Shown: positions 1 to 12,589, numbered from the stretch's first letter. The stretch: DNA of 43,642 nucleotides from Octopus sinensis (GCF_006345805.1 NW_021834987.1:1-43642); one strand, 5' to 3'. Program-made: numbers and translations. The notes: generated from the sequence alone by a model not told the origin.

Positions 1-414
1 TTGCCACAATTGTTTGTCATCACCTTTGTAAGGGCCAAAATCTTAAATGGTAACCTCATCAACCTTTGGAATATTTATAATGTGAAATCTAAATAAAGCT
101 GTTTTACTCTTTAAGTATTCTTCTGTCATCTTGTATGTCCAACATCTAAAACCAAGACTTGTATTGACCCAGTCACAAACTAGACAATTCACAGACCCAA
201 TGAGTATGAGATAAAAGGTTAACTCCACCATGCTTAGCTTTATAAGCTGTTCATTTCCATGTTCCAGCCCTTCTCAGCCCTCTTTTATCCATCCATCATA
301 GTCTTATAGGCCATTGCAGAGGAGTTTAAAACAGGTTGTCCCCAGGAACTGCCACATGCTGATCTAGTTCTCATAGCTGAATTTATAGGGGAATTAGACA
401 CTAAACTCTACTTG

Positions 415-1021
415 TGAAGACCTGTTGGGGCAAGTGAAATCGGAATTGAAATTGAACCAATCCTATGACTGGCACCCGGCAGTTGCCAGGGCTGCTGGAC
501 TGACTCCTGTGCAGGTGGCAAGTGAAAAAGCACCATTTCGACCCTGTGCTTGAGGAGATCCATTGAGTAAAGTACACCAACATCCAAAATTAATGGAAAC
601 TGCAGTTATGATCCCTGTGCCGGTGGTACGTAAAAAGCACCACTTGAACGTGGCCGATGCCAGTGCCGCCTCGACTGTCTTCCGTGCCGGTGGCACGTAA
701 AATGCACCAATCCGATCGTGGCCATTGCCAGCCTTGCCTGTAGACATGACCACCACTCTAGAACTGGTGCCATTCAGCCCATGCTAGCATGGAAAATTGA
801 CAGATGATAATGGTGGTGCAGGCTGAGTTCTTTCCAAGGACTGTAAAAAGCACCCACTACACTCACGAAGTGGTTGGCGTTAGGAAGGGCATCCAGCCGT
901 AGAAACATTGCCAGATAAGACTGGAGCCTGGTGCAGCCTTCTGGATTCCCAGATCCCCGGTCGAATCGTCCAACCCATGCTAGCATGGAAAGCGGAAGTT
1001 AAACGATGATGATGATGATGA
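415..1021 (+). mobile_element. SINE-like family B (GTGCCGGTGGCACGTAAAAAGCACC units, (GAT)n tail)
   Basis: Ends CCAACCCATGCTAGCATGGAAAGCGGAAGTTAAACGATGATGATG; other copies at 3490-4099, 6012-6332 and 21439-21800. Confidence 0.8.
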
Positions 1022-1327
1022 ATTGGAGAAGCAATTCTAGGCATTTATAAAAAAACTAGCAGTAATACCCGTCGTTGAGTGGGTAATTACTTATACTCTT
1101 TCTTGTGAGCCACATTCAAAGTATTATTATATACATAATTTACTCTTTCTGTATGTGTATATTTTTATAAGAGAGAAATATATAACAATTAAAGTAGAAA
1201 AAAGATCAATTTCATACAAGAACTTCCTGTTGTATGTGAGTATTTTATAAAAGAAAAATATATAATAATTGAAATATTAAAATTTCTAAGTCTCTCTAAA
1301 GGAGACTACGGCAGCTGGTACTGGATA

Positions 1328-1553
1328 TTAATAGTTATCGCCAAGCTAATATGGTAGTCCATAAATATAGGACGAATGCTGCCGTTGATTAGTTCCAAGG
1401 GGAAGCGGCTGACCTCCCCTGTTCGAAGGTTATAATGGACACAGGTTGGTGTGTCATGTAGCTAGCTAGAGGTGATGGCCTCTTGGAGCTAATCAACGGC
1501 AGCTTTCGTCCTATATTTCTGGATTGCCATATTAGCTTGGCGATAACTATTAA
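1328..1553. mobile_element. MITE with about 72-bp TIRs and probable TA TSD
   Basis: TTAATAGTTATCGCCAAGCTAATATGG...CCATATTAGCTTGGCGATAACTATTAA flanked by TA on both sides. Confidence 0.75.
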
Positions 1554-1694
1554 TATATAATAATTGAAATAAGAAAAAGATGGAGTTTCATTCTTGAATG
1601 TAATGATAGTAATGGCAGATTAAGTTGTTGATGTATTCATGTTGCATTAAGAGTAAATTTAAAATTCTTCAGAATTCTTCAGTGTACTCATTGC

Positions 1695-2330
1695 CAACCC
1701 TCATCTTACAGCGTCCCTGTACATGGCTTGCATGGCTCTCACTAACCATTCATCTATCCCTAGTTTCCTCATTGACCACCAGATAAGGGATTGGGGGACC
1801 CTGTCGAAGGCTTTCTCCATGTCAACAAAAGCCAGGTACAGGGGCTTATCTTTGGCCAGCTATTTCTCCTGCAGCTGTCTTACCAGGAATATAGCATCAG
1901 TGGTGCTTTTCCCTGGTACGAACCCAAACTGCATCTCATCTAGACTGACCCTCTCCCTAATTAGTTGGGCTATGACCCTCATAACCTGATGTAACAACTT
2001 GATACCTCTGTAATTATTTCTATCTAAAGGGTCACCTTTTATTTTGTAGCAGTTGACTGCTACACCAGTCGTTGGGTATGACTCCTTCGTGTATCACCTG
2101 GTTAACTATATGGGTGACTAAGCTATAGCCGACACTGCCAGATATTTTGAGCATCTCTGCAGTAATACCTGATGGGCCTGGGGCTTTCCCTGTTTTCATG
2201 CTTGTAATTGCCTTAACTACTAAGGAACTGTCAACTCGGATTGCTGGTCCCTCTGTTGGGTCGACATTCGGCAGACCCTCTTTATCCCATTCATTTTCTT
2301 TATTCAGCAACCTTTCATAGTTGGATGGAT
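1695..2330 (-). mobile_element. RTE-clade LINE RT fragment
   Basis: Minus-strand MKTGKAPGPSGITAEMLK...NYRGIKLL...QFGFVPGKSTTDAIF...FVDMEKAFDRVP. Confidence 0.85.
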
Positions 2331-2688
2331 GGAAGCACTCCGTCGGTTACGACGACGAGGGTTCCGGTTGATCCGATCAACAGAACAGCCTGCTCGTGAA
2401 ATTAACGTGTAAGTGGCTGAGCACTCCACAGACACGTGTACCCTTAACGCAGTTCTCGGGGATATTCAGCGTGACAAGGCCGGCCCCTTTGAAATACAGG
2501 CACAACAGAAACAGGAAGTAAGAGTGAGAGAAAGTTGTGGTGAAAGAGTACAGCAGGGATCACCACCATCCCCTGCCGGAGCCTCGTGGGGCTTTTAGGT
2601 GTTTTCGCTCAATAAACACTCACAACGCCCGGTCTGGGAATCGAAACCGCGAGTTCACTGCCCTAACCACTGGGCCATTGCGCCTCCA
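2322..2688 (-). mobile_element. tRNA-derived SINE family C
   Basis: Minus head GGAGGCGCAATGGCCCAGTGGTTAGGGCAG (A box) ... GGTTTCGATTCCC (B box); (CATC)n-like tail. Confidence 0.75.
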
Positions 2689-2839
2689 CACACGGACATT
2701 AACGAGATGAATGATAATGATACAAAGATAAGGATGGGAGAAGACAGAAAGCGCCCCCCGACCCTCTGCTTCTCTATAACATTTTTCTTTCACAACCATA
2801 CACTTGAGGTATTAAACCTCTTACGATTTTTCAATATTT

Positions 2840-3200
2840 AGTAAGCAGCTTGCTTACCAACCGCATGGTTCTGGGTTCAGTCCCACTGTGTGGCACCTTG
2901 GGCAAGTGTCTTCTACTATAGCCTCGAGCCGACCAAAGCCTTGTCAGTGGATTTGGTAGACGGAAACTGAAAGAAGCCCGTCGTATATATGTATGGGTGT
3001 CTGTGTTTGTCCCCCCAACATCGCTTGATGACCGATGGTGGTGTGTTCACATCCCAGTAACTTAGCGGTTCGGCAAAAGCGACCGATAGAATAAGTACTA
3101 GGCTTACAAAGAATAAGTCCCGGGGTCGATTTGCTCGACTAAATGTGGTGCTCCAGCATGGCCGCAGTCAAATGACTGAAACAAGTAAAAGAGTAAAAAT
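2840..3200 (+). mobile_element. tRNA-derived SINE family A (slightly 5'-truncated)
   Basis: B-box-like GGGTTCAGTCCC, shared body, AAAGAGTAAA tail; at least 6 copies in the window. Confidence 0.85.
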
Positions 3201-3489
3201 AAACAAAGTCTTATTGTTAATTTTGTTTCATTTTGGAAAATGAAAATTTATTTCATGGTTTATTATTGTTTATATTTTGAACTATTTATGTATTCTTGAA
3301 GGTACCAAAACCTTTTAAGTGCTTAGGGTCTCTATGGGCCTCAATCCAGCCTTGCTGATATACTTCCCTTCTGTATGAATACAATTGTGTTGACTAAGTT
3401 TACCTTTTCTGTTTGAATGCATTAGAGTTGCAACAACTGAGCACTTGGAGAGAATGATTAACCAACAATATCTTAGGGTATGGTTTTAT

Positions 3490-4099
3490 CTTTCACATCA
3501 ATGAAACTACAATGGAAATTGTAGTTGTGATCCCTGTGCCGGTAGCACATAAAAAGCACCATCCGAACGTGGCCGATGCCAGCACCGCCTAGACTGGCTT
3601 CCGTGCCAGTGGCACATAAAAAGCACCATCCGAATGTGGCCATTGCCAGTGCCGCCTTGACTGGCTTCCGTGCCAGTGGCACATAAAAAGCACCATCCGA
3701 ATGTGGCCATTGCCAGTGCCGCCTTGACTGGCTTCTGTGCCGGTGGCACGTAAAAAGCACCAATCCAATCGTGACCATTGCCAGCCTTGCCTGGCACCTG
3801 AGCAGGTGGCATGTAAAAAGCACCCACTACACTCATGGATTGGTTGGCGTTAGGAAGGGCATCCAGCTGTAGAAACTGCCAGATCAGACTGGAGCCTGGT
3901 GCAGCCTCCTGGCTTCCCAGACCCCAGTCAAACTGTCCAACCCATGCTAGCATGGAAAACGGACGTTAAACAATGATGATGATATGATGCCAGATCAAGA
4001 TTGAAGCCCGGTGCAGCCATCTGGTTCGCCAGCCCTCAGTCAAATCGTCCAACCCATGCTAGCATGGAAAACGGACCTTAAACGATGATGATGATGATC
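3490..4099 (+). mobile_element. Family B element with an expanded internal tandem unit (about 55-60 bp, 5-6 copies) and a doubled 3' end
   Basis: Repeated CCGTGCCAGTGGCACATAAAAAGCACCATCCGAATGTGGCC...; two (GAT)n tails; ends 10 bp from the ZNF1 stop. Confidence 0.8.
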
Positions 4100-4109
4100 A
4101 GTGTGACAG

Positions 4110-5360
4110 TTAACTCATTGATAATTCATCATTTTGAAAGAACGATTTAGGAGGGACTTCAGATTTCTCTCTTGCATGAATTCGTTTGTGTTTAGTTAAG
4201 CTACTCCCAACAGAGAATGATTTCCCGCAGACGTCGCAATGATACGGCTTCTCTGCCGAATGAACACGTTTATGAACTGTTAAATGATAGTTTCTCGAGA
4301 ATGATTTACCGCAAATATCACAATACGGTTTCTCACCCGTGTGTAAGCGTTTGTGGATAGCAAATTCATTATTCCGAGCAAACGATTTCCCACAGGTATC
4401 ACACAGGTAAGGCTTCTCACCTGTATGGATACGCTTGTGAATAGCCAAGCTATCTCGGTTAGACAATGATTTACTACAAATATCACACTGATATGGCTTC
4501 TCACCTGTATGAACACGTTTGTGACTAACCAAGCATCGATTTTCGTAGAACGATTTACCACAGATGTCACAGTGATACGGTTTCTCCCCTGTATGAAGGC
4601 GTTTGTGTCGAGTTAACCTGCTGCCATCAGAGAATGATTTACTACAGATATCACAATAAAACGGTCTCTCACCTGTATGAATACGTTTGTGAGTAATCAA
4701 GCTAGACGCAGCGGAGAATGATTTACCACAGGTGTCACAGTGATAAGGTTTCTCTCCTGAATGAATATGTTTGTGAGTAGTTAAGTTACTTGTAGCGGAG
4801 AATGATTTACCACAGATATCACAGTGGTACGGTTTTTCTCCTGTATGGGTGCGTTTATGTTTCGTGACGGTACTCCCTGTCGAGAATGCCTTACCACAGA
4901 TATCACAATGATATGGTTTCTCCCCGGTATGAATGCGTACGTGAGTAGTTAGATCCCTATTTTGAGTGAATGATTTACCACAAGTGTCACAATGATATGG
5001 TTTCTCTCCCGTATGAATATATTTGTGTATGTTTAACTTATCTCTTCGAGAGAATGATTGCCCACAGATATCACAGTGATATGGTTTCTCTCCTGTATGA
5101 ATTCGTACGTGTTTAATTAAACTACCTCCAAGGGAGAACGATTTTCCACAGATGTCACAATGATATGGTTTCTCCCCTGTATGAATGCGTTTGTGACTGA
5201 CTAAATCTGAATTTTGATAGAAAGATTTTCCACAGGTATCGCAGTGATGTTGTTTCTCACCTCTCTGAATGCATTTGTGTTGGTTGAGTTTACCTTCATT
5301 TGAAAATGATGTTTTGCTGGTGTCACAGTCATGTAACGATTTTCCTAATTCTTCCGACAT
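4110..5360 (-). CDS. C2H2 zinc-finger protein ZNF1 (416 aa; 13 intact fingers plus degenerate N- and C-terminal fingers)
   Basis: Uninterrupted ORF with repeated C-x2-C-x12-H-x3-H and TGEKPY linkers; ATG preceded by TTTTTCCTGCAG|AG, an acceptor-like sequence. Confidence 0.95.
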   Translation of the reverse strand: MSEELGKSLHDCDTSKTSFSNEGKLNQHKCIQRGEKQHHCDTCGKSFYQNSDLVSHKRIHTGEKPYHCDICGKSFSLGGSLIKHVRIHTGEKPYHCDICGQSFSRRDKLNIHKYIHTGEKPYHCDTCGKSFTQNRDLTTHVRIHTGEKPYHCDICGKAFSTGSTVTKHKRTHTGEKPYHCDICGKSFSATSNLTTHKHIHSGEKPYHCDTCGKSFSAASSLITHKRIHTGERPFYCDICSKSFSDGSRLTRHKRLHTGEKPYHCDICGKSFYENRCLVSHKRVHTGEKPYQCDICSKSLSNRDSLAIHKRIHTGEKPYLCDTCGKSFARNNEFAIHKRLHTGEKPYCDICGKSFSRNYHLTVHKRVHSAEKPYHCDVCGKSFSVGSSLTKHKRIHAREKSEVPPKSFFQNDELSMS

Positions 5361-5870
5361 CTCTGCAGGAAAAATAAAATCAATCCGTCAATAACTTTTC
5401 AAAAATGTCTCTCCTCTCACCAAAATTTATGGATATTTTTCTTCTTTTTGCTTTAATAGTTAATTCCAAACAAATATCACTTCTCTTATATTTCTTCTAA
5501 ATGTGATCAATGCCAATATTTAAAAATGCCGCAAATACTCTTTGTAAATCCATCAAAGTATATTTAAAAGAGAAAATTATCTCTTGCACATTTCAGACAC
5601 AGAAGTAAAGAAATGCTTTCTCTCTCAGAGGAAATATTTTACTGTAATTCAGCAATGTTTTCTAGAAGCAGGATTATACGTTTGTAGAATATCTTTGCAG
5701 AGTCTTTCAAACATGATACATATTGATGATTCTTTAAAAGTAAAAAATACTTTTAGCCAATTTCATGTGATTTTTCTGAAAGAATAGAAAAAATAATATA
5801 AGACATCAAGTATGTTTAAAAGGCAGATATTCAAAAGTGCAAATTTACAACATTTCTGTTTTCATAAATT
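5361..5870 (-). promoter_or_regulatory. Conserved ZNF 5' cassette copy 1: 3' splice acceptor (AG at 5777-5776) and 415-nt leader
   Basis: Minus strand TTATTTTTTCTATTCTTTCAG|AAAAATCAC; block nearly identical upstream of ZNF2 and ZNF3. Confidence 0.7.
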
Positions 5871-6011
5871 GCTGAAGTAAACCTTTAACTGAACTTTTTA
5901 AACTTATCCAATTGGGACAAGTCGATTACGTCAACACCAGTGGTTTTCTGACACATTAATTTATGGACCCATAACAGATAAAAGATAAAATTAATCTCGG
6001 CAAGATTCGAC

Positions 6012-6332
6012 CCTGTGCATGAGGAGACCTATCGAGTCAAGTACATCAACATCAAAAATCAATGGAAACTGTAGTTGTGATCCCTGTGCCGGTGGCACGT
6101 AAAAGGCACCATCCGAACGTGGCCGATGCCAGCCTTGCCTGGCACCTATGCTGGTGGCACGTAAAAAGCACCCACTACACTCACGGAGTGGTTGGCGTTA
6201 GGAAGGGCATCCAGCTGTAGAAACACTGCCAGATCAGATTGGAGCCTGGTGCAGTCTCCTGGCTTCCTAGATCCCAGTCAAACCGTCCAACCCATGCTAG
6301 CATGGAAGGCGGACGTTAAACAATGATGATGA
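6012..6332 (+). mobile_element. Family B element inserted in a decayed family D SINE (5915-6420)
   Basis: Family B body and tail, flanked by degenerate family D halves. Confidence 0.7.
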
Positions 6333-6584
6333 CGGTGATTTCGACTCAGGATGTAAGAATCAAAAGCAATGCCGACGCTAAGCAATTTTCCAAACGAGCT
6401 GACATTTCTACAAGGTCACTACCTTGAGTGAAGAACTAATATTCATTCTCTGGTGAGGAAAACCAAAATCTTTCGCTGTAAATTACAGATGTTCCAAACA
6501 AAATACACTTCATTATCGACAAGATATTCATCCAAGACTTGGGATAAACACAGTAGCGATCGATAACCAAACCTAGGGGAAGCG

Positions 6585-7212
6585 GGTACTACTTGAGAAC
6601 AATGGTCCCGGTGCGCGCACTCGCGCTAACTAGTAGATCCTACAACGACTACGTAGCAAAGTAAATAAAATACAAAATAAATAATTTGTTAAACAAAGTA
6701 AATAATTCTTTAAACAAAGGCGCAGGAGTGGCTGTGTGGTAAGTAGCTTGCTTACCAACCACATGGTTCCGGGTTCAATCCCACTGCGTGGCACCTTGGG
6801 CAAGTGTCTTCTACTGTAGCCTCGGGCCGACCAAAGTCTTGTGAGTGGATTTGGTAGACGGAAACTGAAAGAAGCCCGTCGTATATATGTATATATATAT
6901 GTGCGTGTTTGTGTTTGTCCCCCTAGCATTGCTTGACAACCGATGCTGGTGTGTTTACGCCCCCGTGTCACCTAGCGGTTCGGCAAAAGTGACCGATAGA
7001 ATAAGTACTGGGCTTACAAAAAAGAATAAGTCCCGGGGTCGAGTTGCTCGATTAAAGGCGGTGCTCCAGCATGGCCGCAGTCAAATGACTGAAACAAGTA
7101 AAAGAGTAAAGTAAATAAAACACAAAGTAAGGATCGACTAGTCATGACTAGCTAGCGCGGATGCACAAGTACGCGAGTGCGCGCACCGGGACCACTTTTC
7201 TCAAGTAGTACC
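6585..7212. mobile_element. Non-autonomous Merlin-type MITE with an internal SINE insertion
   Basis: 41-bp TIRs GGTACTACTTGAGAA(C/A)A(A/G)TGGTCCCGGTGCGCGCACTCGCG with 2 mismatches; 9-bp TSD GGGGAAGCG at 6576-6584 and 7213-7221. Confidence 0.9.
6719..7110 (+). mobile_element. SINE family A, inside the Merlin MITE
   Basis: Full head GGCGCAGGAGTGGCTGTGTGGTAAG...GGGTTCAATCCC through to the tail. Confidence 0.9.
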
Positions 7213-7509
7213 GGGGAAGCGTTTGTTAGCTGAAATCACCCGTAGACGGGTTAATTTCTAAGAAATTAAACCCGTCAGAGTTCAACCGGGCAATTTATTA
7301 TTGCCGACGGGAGCTGGTCCGCAATCGTCGTAAAGTCGACAACGACCTGCATTGGTTAATGAGGACAATTAAATTAGTGAAGATATTTCTCCAAACGTAA
7401 TTATTTTACTTAAATTTTTTTACCACTTTAATGTTTACCCTTTTAAAATTAGAATATCCGTGTTTTGTCTTTTATTATTTTTAAAAATCATTAAATCTTA
7501 TGAGTGATA

Positions 7510-8345
7510 TTTTTCATCGTTATTGTTTCGAAACGAAAACGAAATATTGTCTAATTCCAAGAGTGGAAAATACATTCTTATTAAAAGTAGACGTATTTCG
7601 AAGAGAGAGAGAGAAAAAGAATAATTAATTTCAAATAACATTAAGGAAAAAGATATTAACTACAAGTTGTAATGATGCAGAGGAACCAACAGCAATAAAT
7701 ATTTCCAAATTTTCAAATAAATGTTCCATTTCTTCAGCTAGTGCTATTTCCTTTTCGTTTCAGTATTTCAAGTACACGATCGTAGTTTTATACATTACCC
7801 ATTTCTTTCAAATTTCATCGGAATTTTTCAACATTTAATTAAATTATCGAATTTACATGTCAGAGATAAAGAGAAATTTAGTTCGAATATGGTATTGATC
7901 TGATGTTAAGAATATAGGAAATAACCAAAACTGCAATGGAATGTCTAAAAACAAGAACAATACAATGAAAGTATTAAAATAATATAATTTCGTCTTTGTT
8001 TAGTGAGATTCTTTTAATTTATTGAACACATCGGAAGAAATCGATGCACGTAATATGACACATATACACTAAAAATATTTATATAATAAATACAATACTT
8101 ACATGGTAATATATATACATATGTATAGAGTCAACGAGGAAGCTGTGAAGAACTTAAGTTAAGTGGATAATTAATAGCTTCAAGAGAATTCCTAAGTTTT
8201 TTTATAACAAACTTTGATTCATATTTTCCAGGTCAATATATAAAAAAACGAATGTTGTTTCTATATCTTTACACAGTTAATTGTATATTTAATTGGGTTT
8301 CCACTTAATTATCAGTAATAAAGTGGAGCGATCGAGCAGGACAGA
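7510..8345. other. Distal conserved upstream block of the ZNF unit (paralogous to about 15040-16290; partial at 37960-38030)
   Basis: Collinear matches such as GTTGTAATGATGCAGA, TTTTCGTTTCAGTATTTCAAGT, ATAACCAAA(A)TGCAATG and CAGCTTCAAGAGAATT; roughly 70% identity by eye. Confidence 0.7.
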
Positions 8346-8509
8346 CGTGGATGAAGAAACCACAGAATTGGGAGGATTTAGCAATTAAGTGACTACGGGA
8401 GCTAACTCTATGAGTCTCAGGCAGCCTGGCATTACTTAATACGGTTTTATACTAGCGAGCACCTGTCGTCAAAAATAGCCGTCGATCTTTCGATACTAGT
8501 AACATAACT

Positions 8510-9410
8510 GGGTTCCTTTCGGTTTGAACGGTAGTTTTTTAACATAATTTCTAGGTAACTAAAAAATTTTAAACTTCGTATACTGGTAGAATGTGTTTAT
8601 AAAACATCTTTTTCTCTTGGCTTTATTGAGAAAATTCTATAGTTTGTAAGATATTTGTTGTTTTTTTTCCTTCAATTTTTGCAATTTCAACCAATCAATG
8701 ACGTCCATTGAGGTAAAAAAAATTCTGTGCCGTATGAATATGTCCCTCGTTTAAGAAACAGGATCTTTTCGGTTTGAACGGCAGTTTTTAAAAATAATTT
8801 CCACGTAACTAAACACTTTTAAACTTCGTATACTGGTAGAATGTGTTTAAAAAACATCTTTTTCTCTTGGCTTTATTGAGAAAATTCTATAGTTTGTAAG
8901 ATATTTGTTGTTTTCTTTTTCTTCAATTTCAACCAATCAATGACGTCCATTGAGGTAAAAAAAAAATATTCTGTGCCGTATGAATATGTCCCTCGTTTAA
9001 GAAACAGGATTTTTTCGGTTTGAACGGCAGTTTTTAAAAATAATTTCCACATAACTAAACACTTTTAAACTTCGTATACTGGTAGAATGTGTTTATAAAA
9101 CATCTTTTTCTCTTTGCTTTATTGAGAAAATTCTATAGTTTGTAAGATATTTGTTGTTTTTTTCCTTCAATTTCAACCAATCAATGACGTCTATTGAGGT
9201 GAAAACATTCTGTGCTGTATGAATATGTCCCTCGTTTAAGAAACAGATTAGGTTTATTTACATTTGTGAAGAAAAAAGATACCCTTTCCCCTAACCCCAA
9301 CCCTAAAACACATTGAAATGCAATAGATCGATACTAGGGTCATAATTATGGGTGACAATTTCATATGACACCGCTAGAAAAAACTGCTGTTCAAACTGAT
9401 AAGATCCAAA
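8510..9410. mobile_element. TIR element whose left 245-bp segment is tandemly triplicated
   Basis: Units start TCGGTTTGAACGG(T/C)AGTTTT at about 8519, 8769 and 9016; the right end AAAAACTGCTGTTCAAACTGATAAGATCC is their inverted complement; CCCTAACCCCAACCCTAA inside; a related inverted pair lies at 38875-39031. Confidence 0.65.
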
Positions 9411-11059
9411 AGTTGTTTTTAAGTTACAATGGCTTAAAGTTCGATTATGTTTACTCATTCACAAAACTGGGTTTGGAAGCCATCATTTTGTGCATGGCAA
9501 CACGTGTTGTCAAATATTTGTGAATCTGTATTCTTCACACGGTAATTCATAGGGTACTTTTACTTTTGTTTCAGTCATTCGACTGCGGCCATGCTGGAGC
9601 ACCGCTTGTAGTCGAACAAACCTACAACTCTCTCTCTTCTCTTTCCCCTCCTTAATTCTTTTGTTCCTCTTTTCTCTCTCTTCTCTTCCCACGTGACCGA
9701 TAGCCCAGACAGCTAACCCTCTTTTTGCGTCTGACCACGGTCAGTGCAACATCGATATTCTTCCCTGTGTTTGTGAAAGCTCTGTATCTCTGCCGTAAGG
9801 CTTCATTTCCACACACACCAGCTGAATTCAATTCGTCCCCAGTCGAAAGACACCTGTTGTTATGTCCTGTTATTATTATTAATATTTTTATTGTATTTTG
9901 TATTTATATTTGTGTAACATCGTCTGTTTTTCCGTCCTTATTTTCGTATACATTCCATGCTTTCTTCCAGGAATCTGATGCTCTTAGCTTACTTTTTCCT
10001 TGGGGCTGGCCAGATTGGAGCAATCTCAAGATTAATCAGCCGAAATTGCGAGGATGATCTGGTTCTTTACAGGGGACAGAAAGCTTCGAATGACCCGTCC
10101 TTTCTTTTTCATAAAGGACCCGTTTGTACTTTGGTGTGAAATAATTTTTTCCACACGTTTTTTTGAGTGCATTCAACGATGCTCAGTCCGAACCCACCAC
10201 CCGCCAGATTCTTCCGAAAAGAAAGGGGGAGGGGTGGTGGGGGACCTTGGAGTTTCCCCACCAACAGAGTTTTTTTTTTTTTTTTTTCAGGGTTACTTTA
10301 CATGCTTTCAATGTATGTGACATTGAAATTATACGTAAACGGCTCCTTTCCTTAGAAAAGGAAAGATTCAGCCACTATTTCTTGCATGCCCTGCTACCAG
10401 GTAACAGCTATTTTGAGTCCTGTATCGTAAATAGCTGTTGTATGGTAACAGGGCATGCTAGAAATAGCAGCAACCAAATCTTTGGAGATGAGATATATTG
10501 AATGCACTTGAATAAAACCTATGGAAACAATTTTTTCACAGTGAGGTTATGAACAGGTCTTTTACGAAATATTTATGGTATTTCTAAAGCCATCTTCACT
10601 TTAAAATATTTTTAAATATGCCAAAACATTTTCGTAATGGTATTCAATTGAAAATAATAAAAAAATAAATAAAATTGTCTGTTTAAAGAAAGCTAAAATA
10701 TAAATACAAAAAAGCAAAAATAGAAAAATTTCCTGTAAAAACAACTTTTTTTGTTGGCAAGTTAGTCATAATGTGTCTAACCGAAGGCTAGAAATTCTTC
10801 CTTTTCAGGGTTAAGTTATTTTTGGTGTATTTTCCCAATATGCACTGTTTTGGGTATTCATACCCACCAAAACTCCTAATATCTCAAGAACCAGTTGTCC
10901 AATTCACGCGAAACTTGTTTTATTCCGTTTGTATTCACATTTCAAGAAAGTCTTAATTCTTAGTATTTTCCCCATTATGTGCCATTTTGGCTATGTAACA
11001 TTGGAAGCAAGATTGAAGTTCATTTTTAATGTAATATATGTGTGTGTGTGTGTGTGTAG

Positions 11060-11165
11060 AGGTCTGCCTACTTACAACTGCAAGACAAGTATTTAGTTGT
11101 GAATAAACCATTATACTTGGCACTTGTTGGCCTGGAGAAAGTCTTTGATAGAATTCCTCAGTTGG
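11060..11165 (+). mobile_element. Short degraded RTE RT fragment
   Basis: NKPLYLALVGLEKVFDRIP; near-identical to the reverse complement of 21343-21437. Confidence 0.65.
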
Positions 11166-12589
11166 CCACACACCAAGGTTCAACAGAACCTACTGAAGCA
11201 AGCCAACGTGCTTCTAGCATTATCACAGGCAAGAGCAAGAAGTCGACATTAATGTTCGTACTGTTTTCAAATTTTGGCACAAGGCCAGCAATTCTACGGG
11301 TGTGTGTGTGTGTATGTTAAGTTGAATATGTCGATTCCAGTGCTCAACCGTTGCTTATTTCCACCAACCGCCAAAAGGACGAAAGACAAAGTCCACCTTG
11401 GCAGAATTTAAATGCAAATGTCATGTCAGAAGAACCACAGCTAAGCATTTTCCCCAATGTGCTAACGACCCTGCCAGTTCGCCACCTTAGTTTATTATTA
11501 ATTACTAGTGGGACCCATGTAAATTCTACAGAATGAAAAGAATTAAGAGGACCTATTTAAGAAAGAGAGGATGATTTGCATTTTTATAGCATTCATAGTT
11601 TTAGCTTTCTTTGAATAGACTTGGCATCTGTCTACATCCAATTCCTCACAACACCATCGGTGCCATCTTTTTCCTCTCTTTTATTATATCTTCTTAGTGT
11701 TCCATGCATCTTTTCTCAGGCAGCTTGCAACCGTGTCTCTAGTGAATCCATAGTTTAGGCTAAATTAATCCTTAGAAACAAATATCAATCTCTTAAGTGA
11801 GAAGGCGATAAATTGCACAGAAGTGCAAGTGTTGAGTGATGGTCTCTATAAAAAAAAAAAATTCCTTTACCCTATCAACACACCACCACCACCATCATCA
11901 TCTCTCTCTCTCTGCCTTTCTTTAATATCAACATCAGAACATCACCACTCTGCTAAGATTATTTTCTAACTCTTCCCTATATCACGACCTTCACGCTTCA
12001 GCTAGGTTTTTTAACCATAAAATAACTATACATTCCCCCCATCACGTCATGCTTGCTTATTTCTTAGTCTTTTTGTCTCTCTCCTTTTCTCTTTCTCTAT
12101 TTGCCCACTCTTTGTCTCACTCTTTTCTCTCTCATCTTTTCTCTCTCTACCCCCCCCCCTTTTCTCTAATAACATGAAAGTGTTACTGACGAGCTAAGTA
12201 ACAGAATGAGAAGCAGAATTATTATAAGATCACCTTACTCTATTTCTCCCTCCCTTTTCTCCACTTCTGTCCCCACCCCTCATTTATTCCACTAATCTAA
12301 TGAAAGCATAACAGCTGTACAAACAAGCTGGTTATTATATATATACATAAATATCATTTTTGTCTGAGGTTTGGATATTTTTTGCAGAGTAATTACATAT
12401 CACATAAGAAGACTGGAAAACAGTTTGATAGTATTTATTCAGCATTACATGTGTTTCATTACCTAATAGGAATTATAAACTTTTAGACAAAGAGAAAACA
12501 TGTAAAATATCTACTATAAGAAATTCTTCATATATACATATATACACGTGTGTGAGTGTGTGTGTGTGTGTGTATGCACAAGTGAGTGT

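Noticed and set aside
3473-3953. Repetitive ORFs MLAWVG.../MLFTCH... (also 401-986 and 21435-22060)
   Set aside because: Translations of family B tandem units.
4110-5360. CRISPR-like repeat-spacer pattern (about 60-bp constant plus about 24-bp variable, 84-bp period) in all ZNF arrays
   Set aside because: It is the codon structure of C2H2 fingers (constant linker, variable recognition helix). The frame is open, there are no cas genes and the context is eukaryotic.
5584-5787. Plus-strand ORF MHISDTEVKKCF... seen in several cassette copies (14114, 36481)
   Set aside because: Antisense to the ZNF leader, uses non-ATG starts, has inconsistent ends, and its conservation follows from DNA identity.
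6719-6790. tRNA genes at SINE heads
   Set aside because: A/B-box-like motifs only, no full cloverleaf, always attached to the same repeat body and tail.
6630-7114. Recurrent ORFs such as MLGGQTQT...TTQPLLRL and MITDAGVFTSPSLSG (also 16960, 17160, 32513, 32804, 38414, 40558, 40794)
   Set aside because: Incidental translations of SINE family A.
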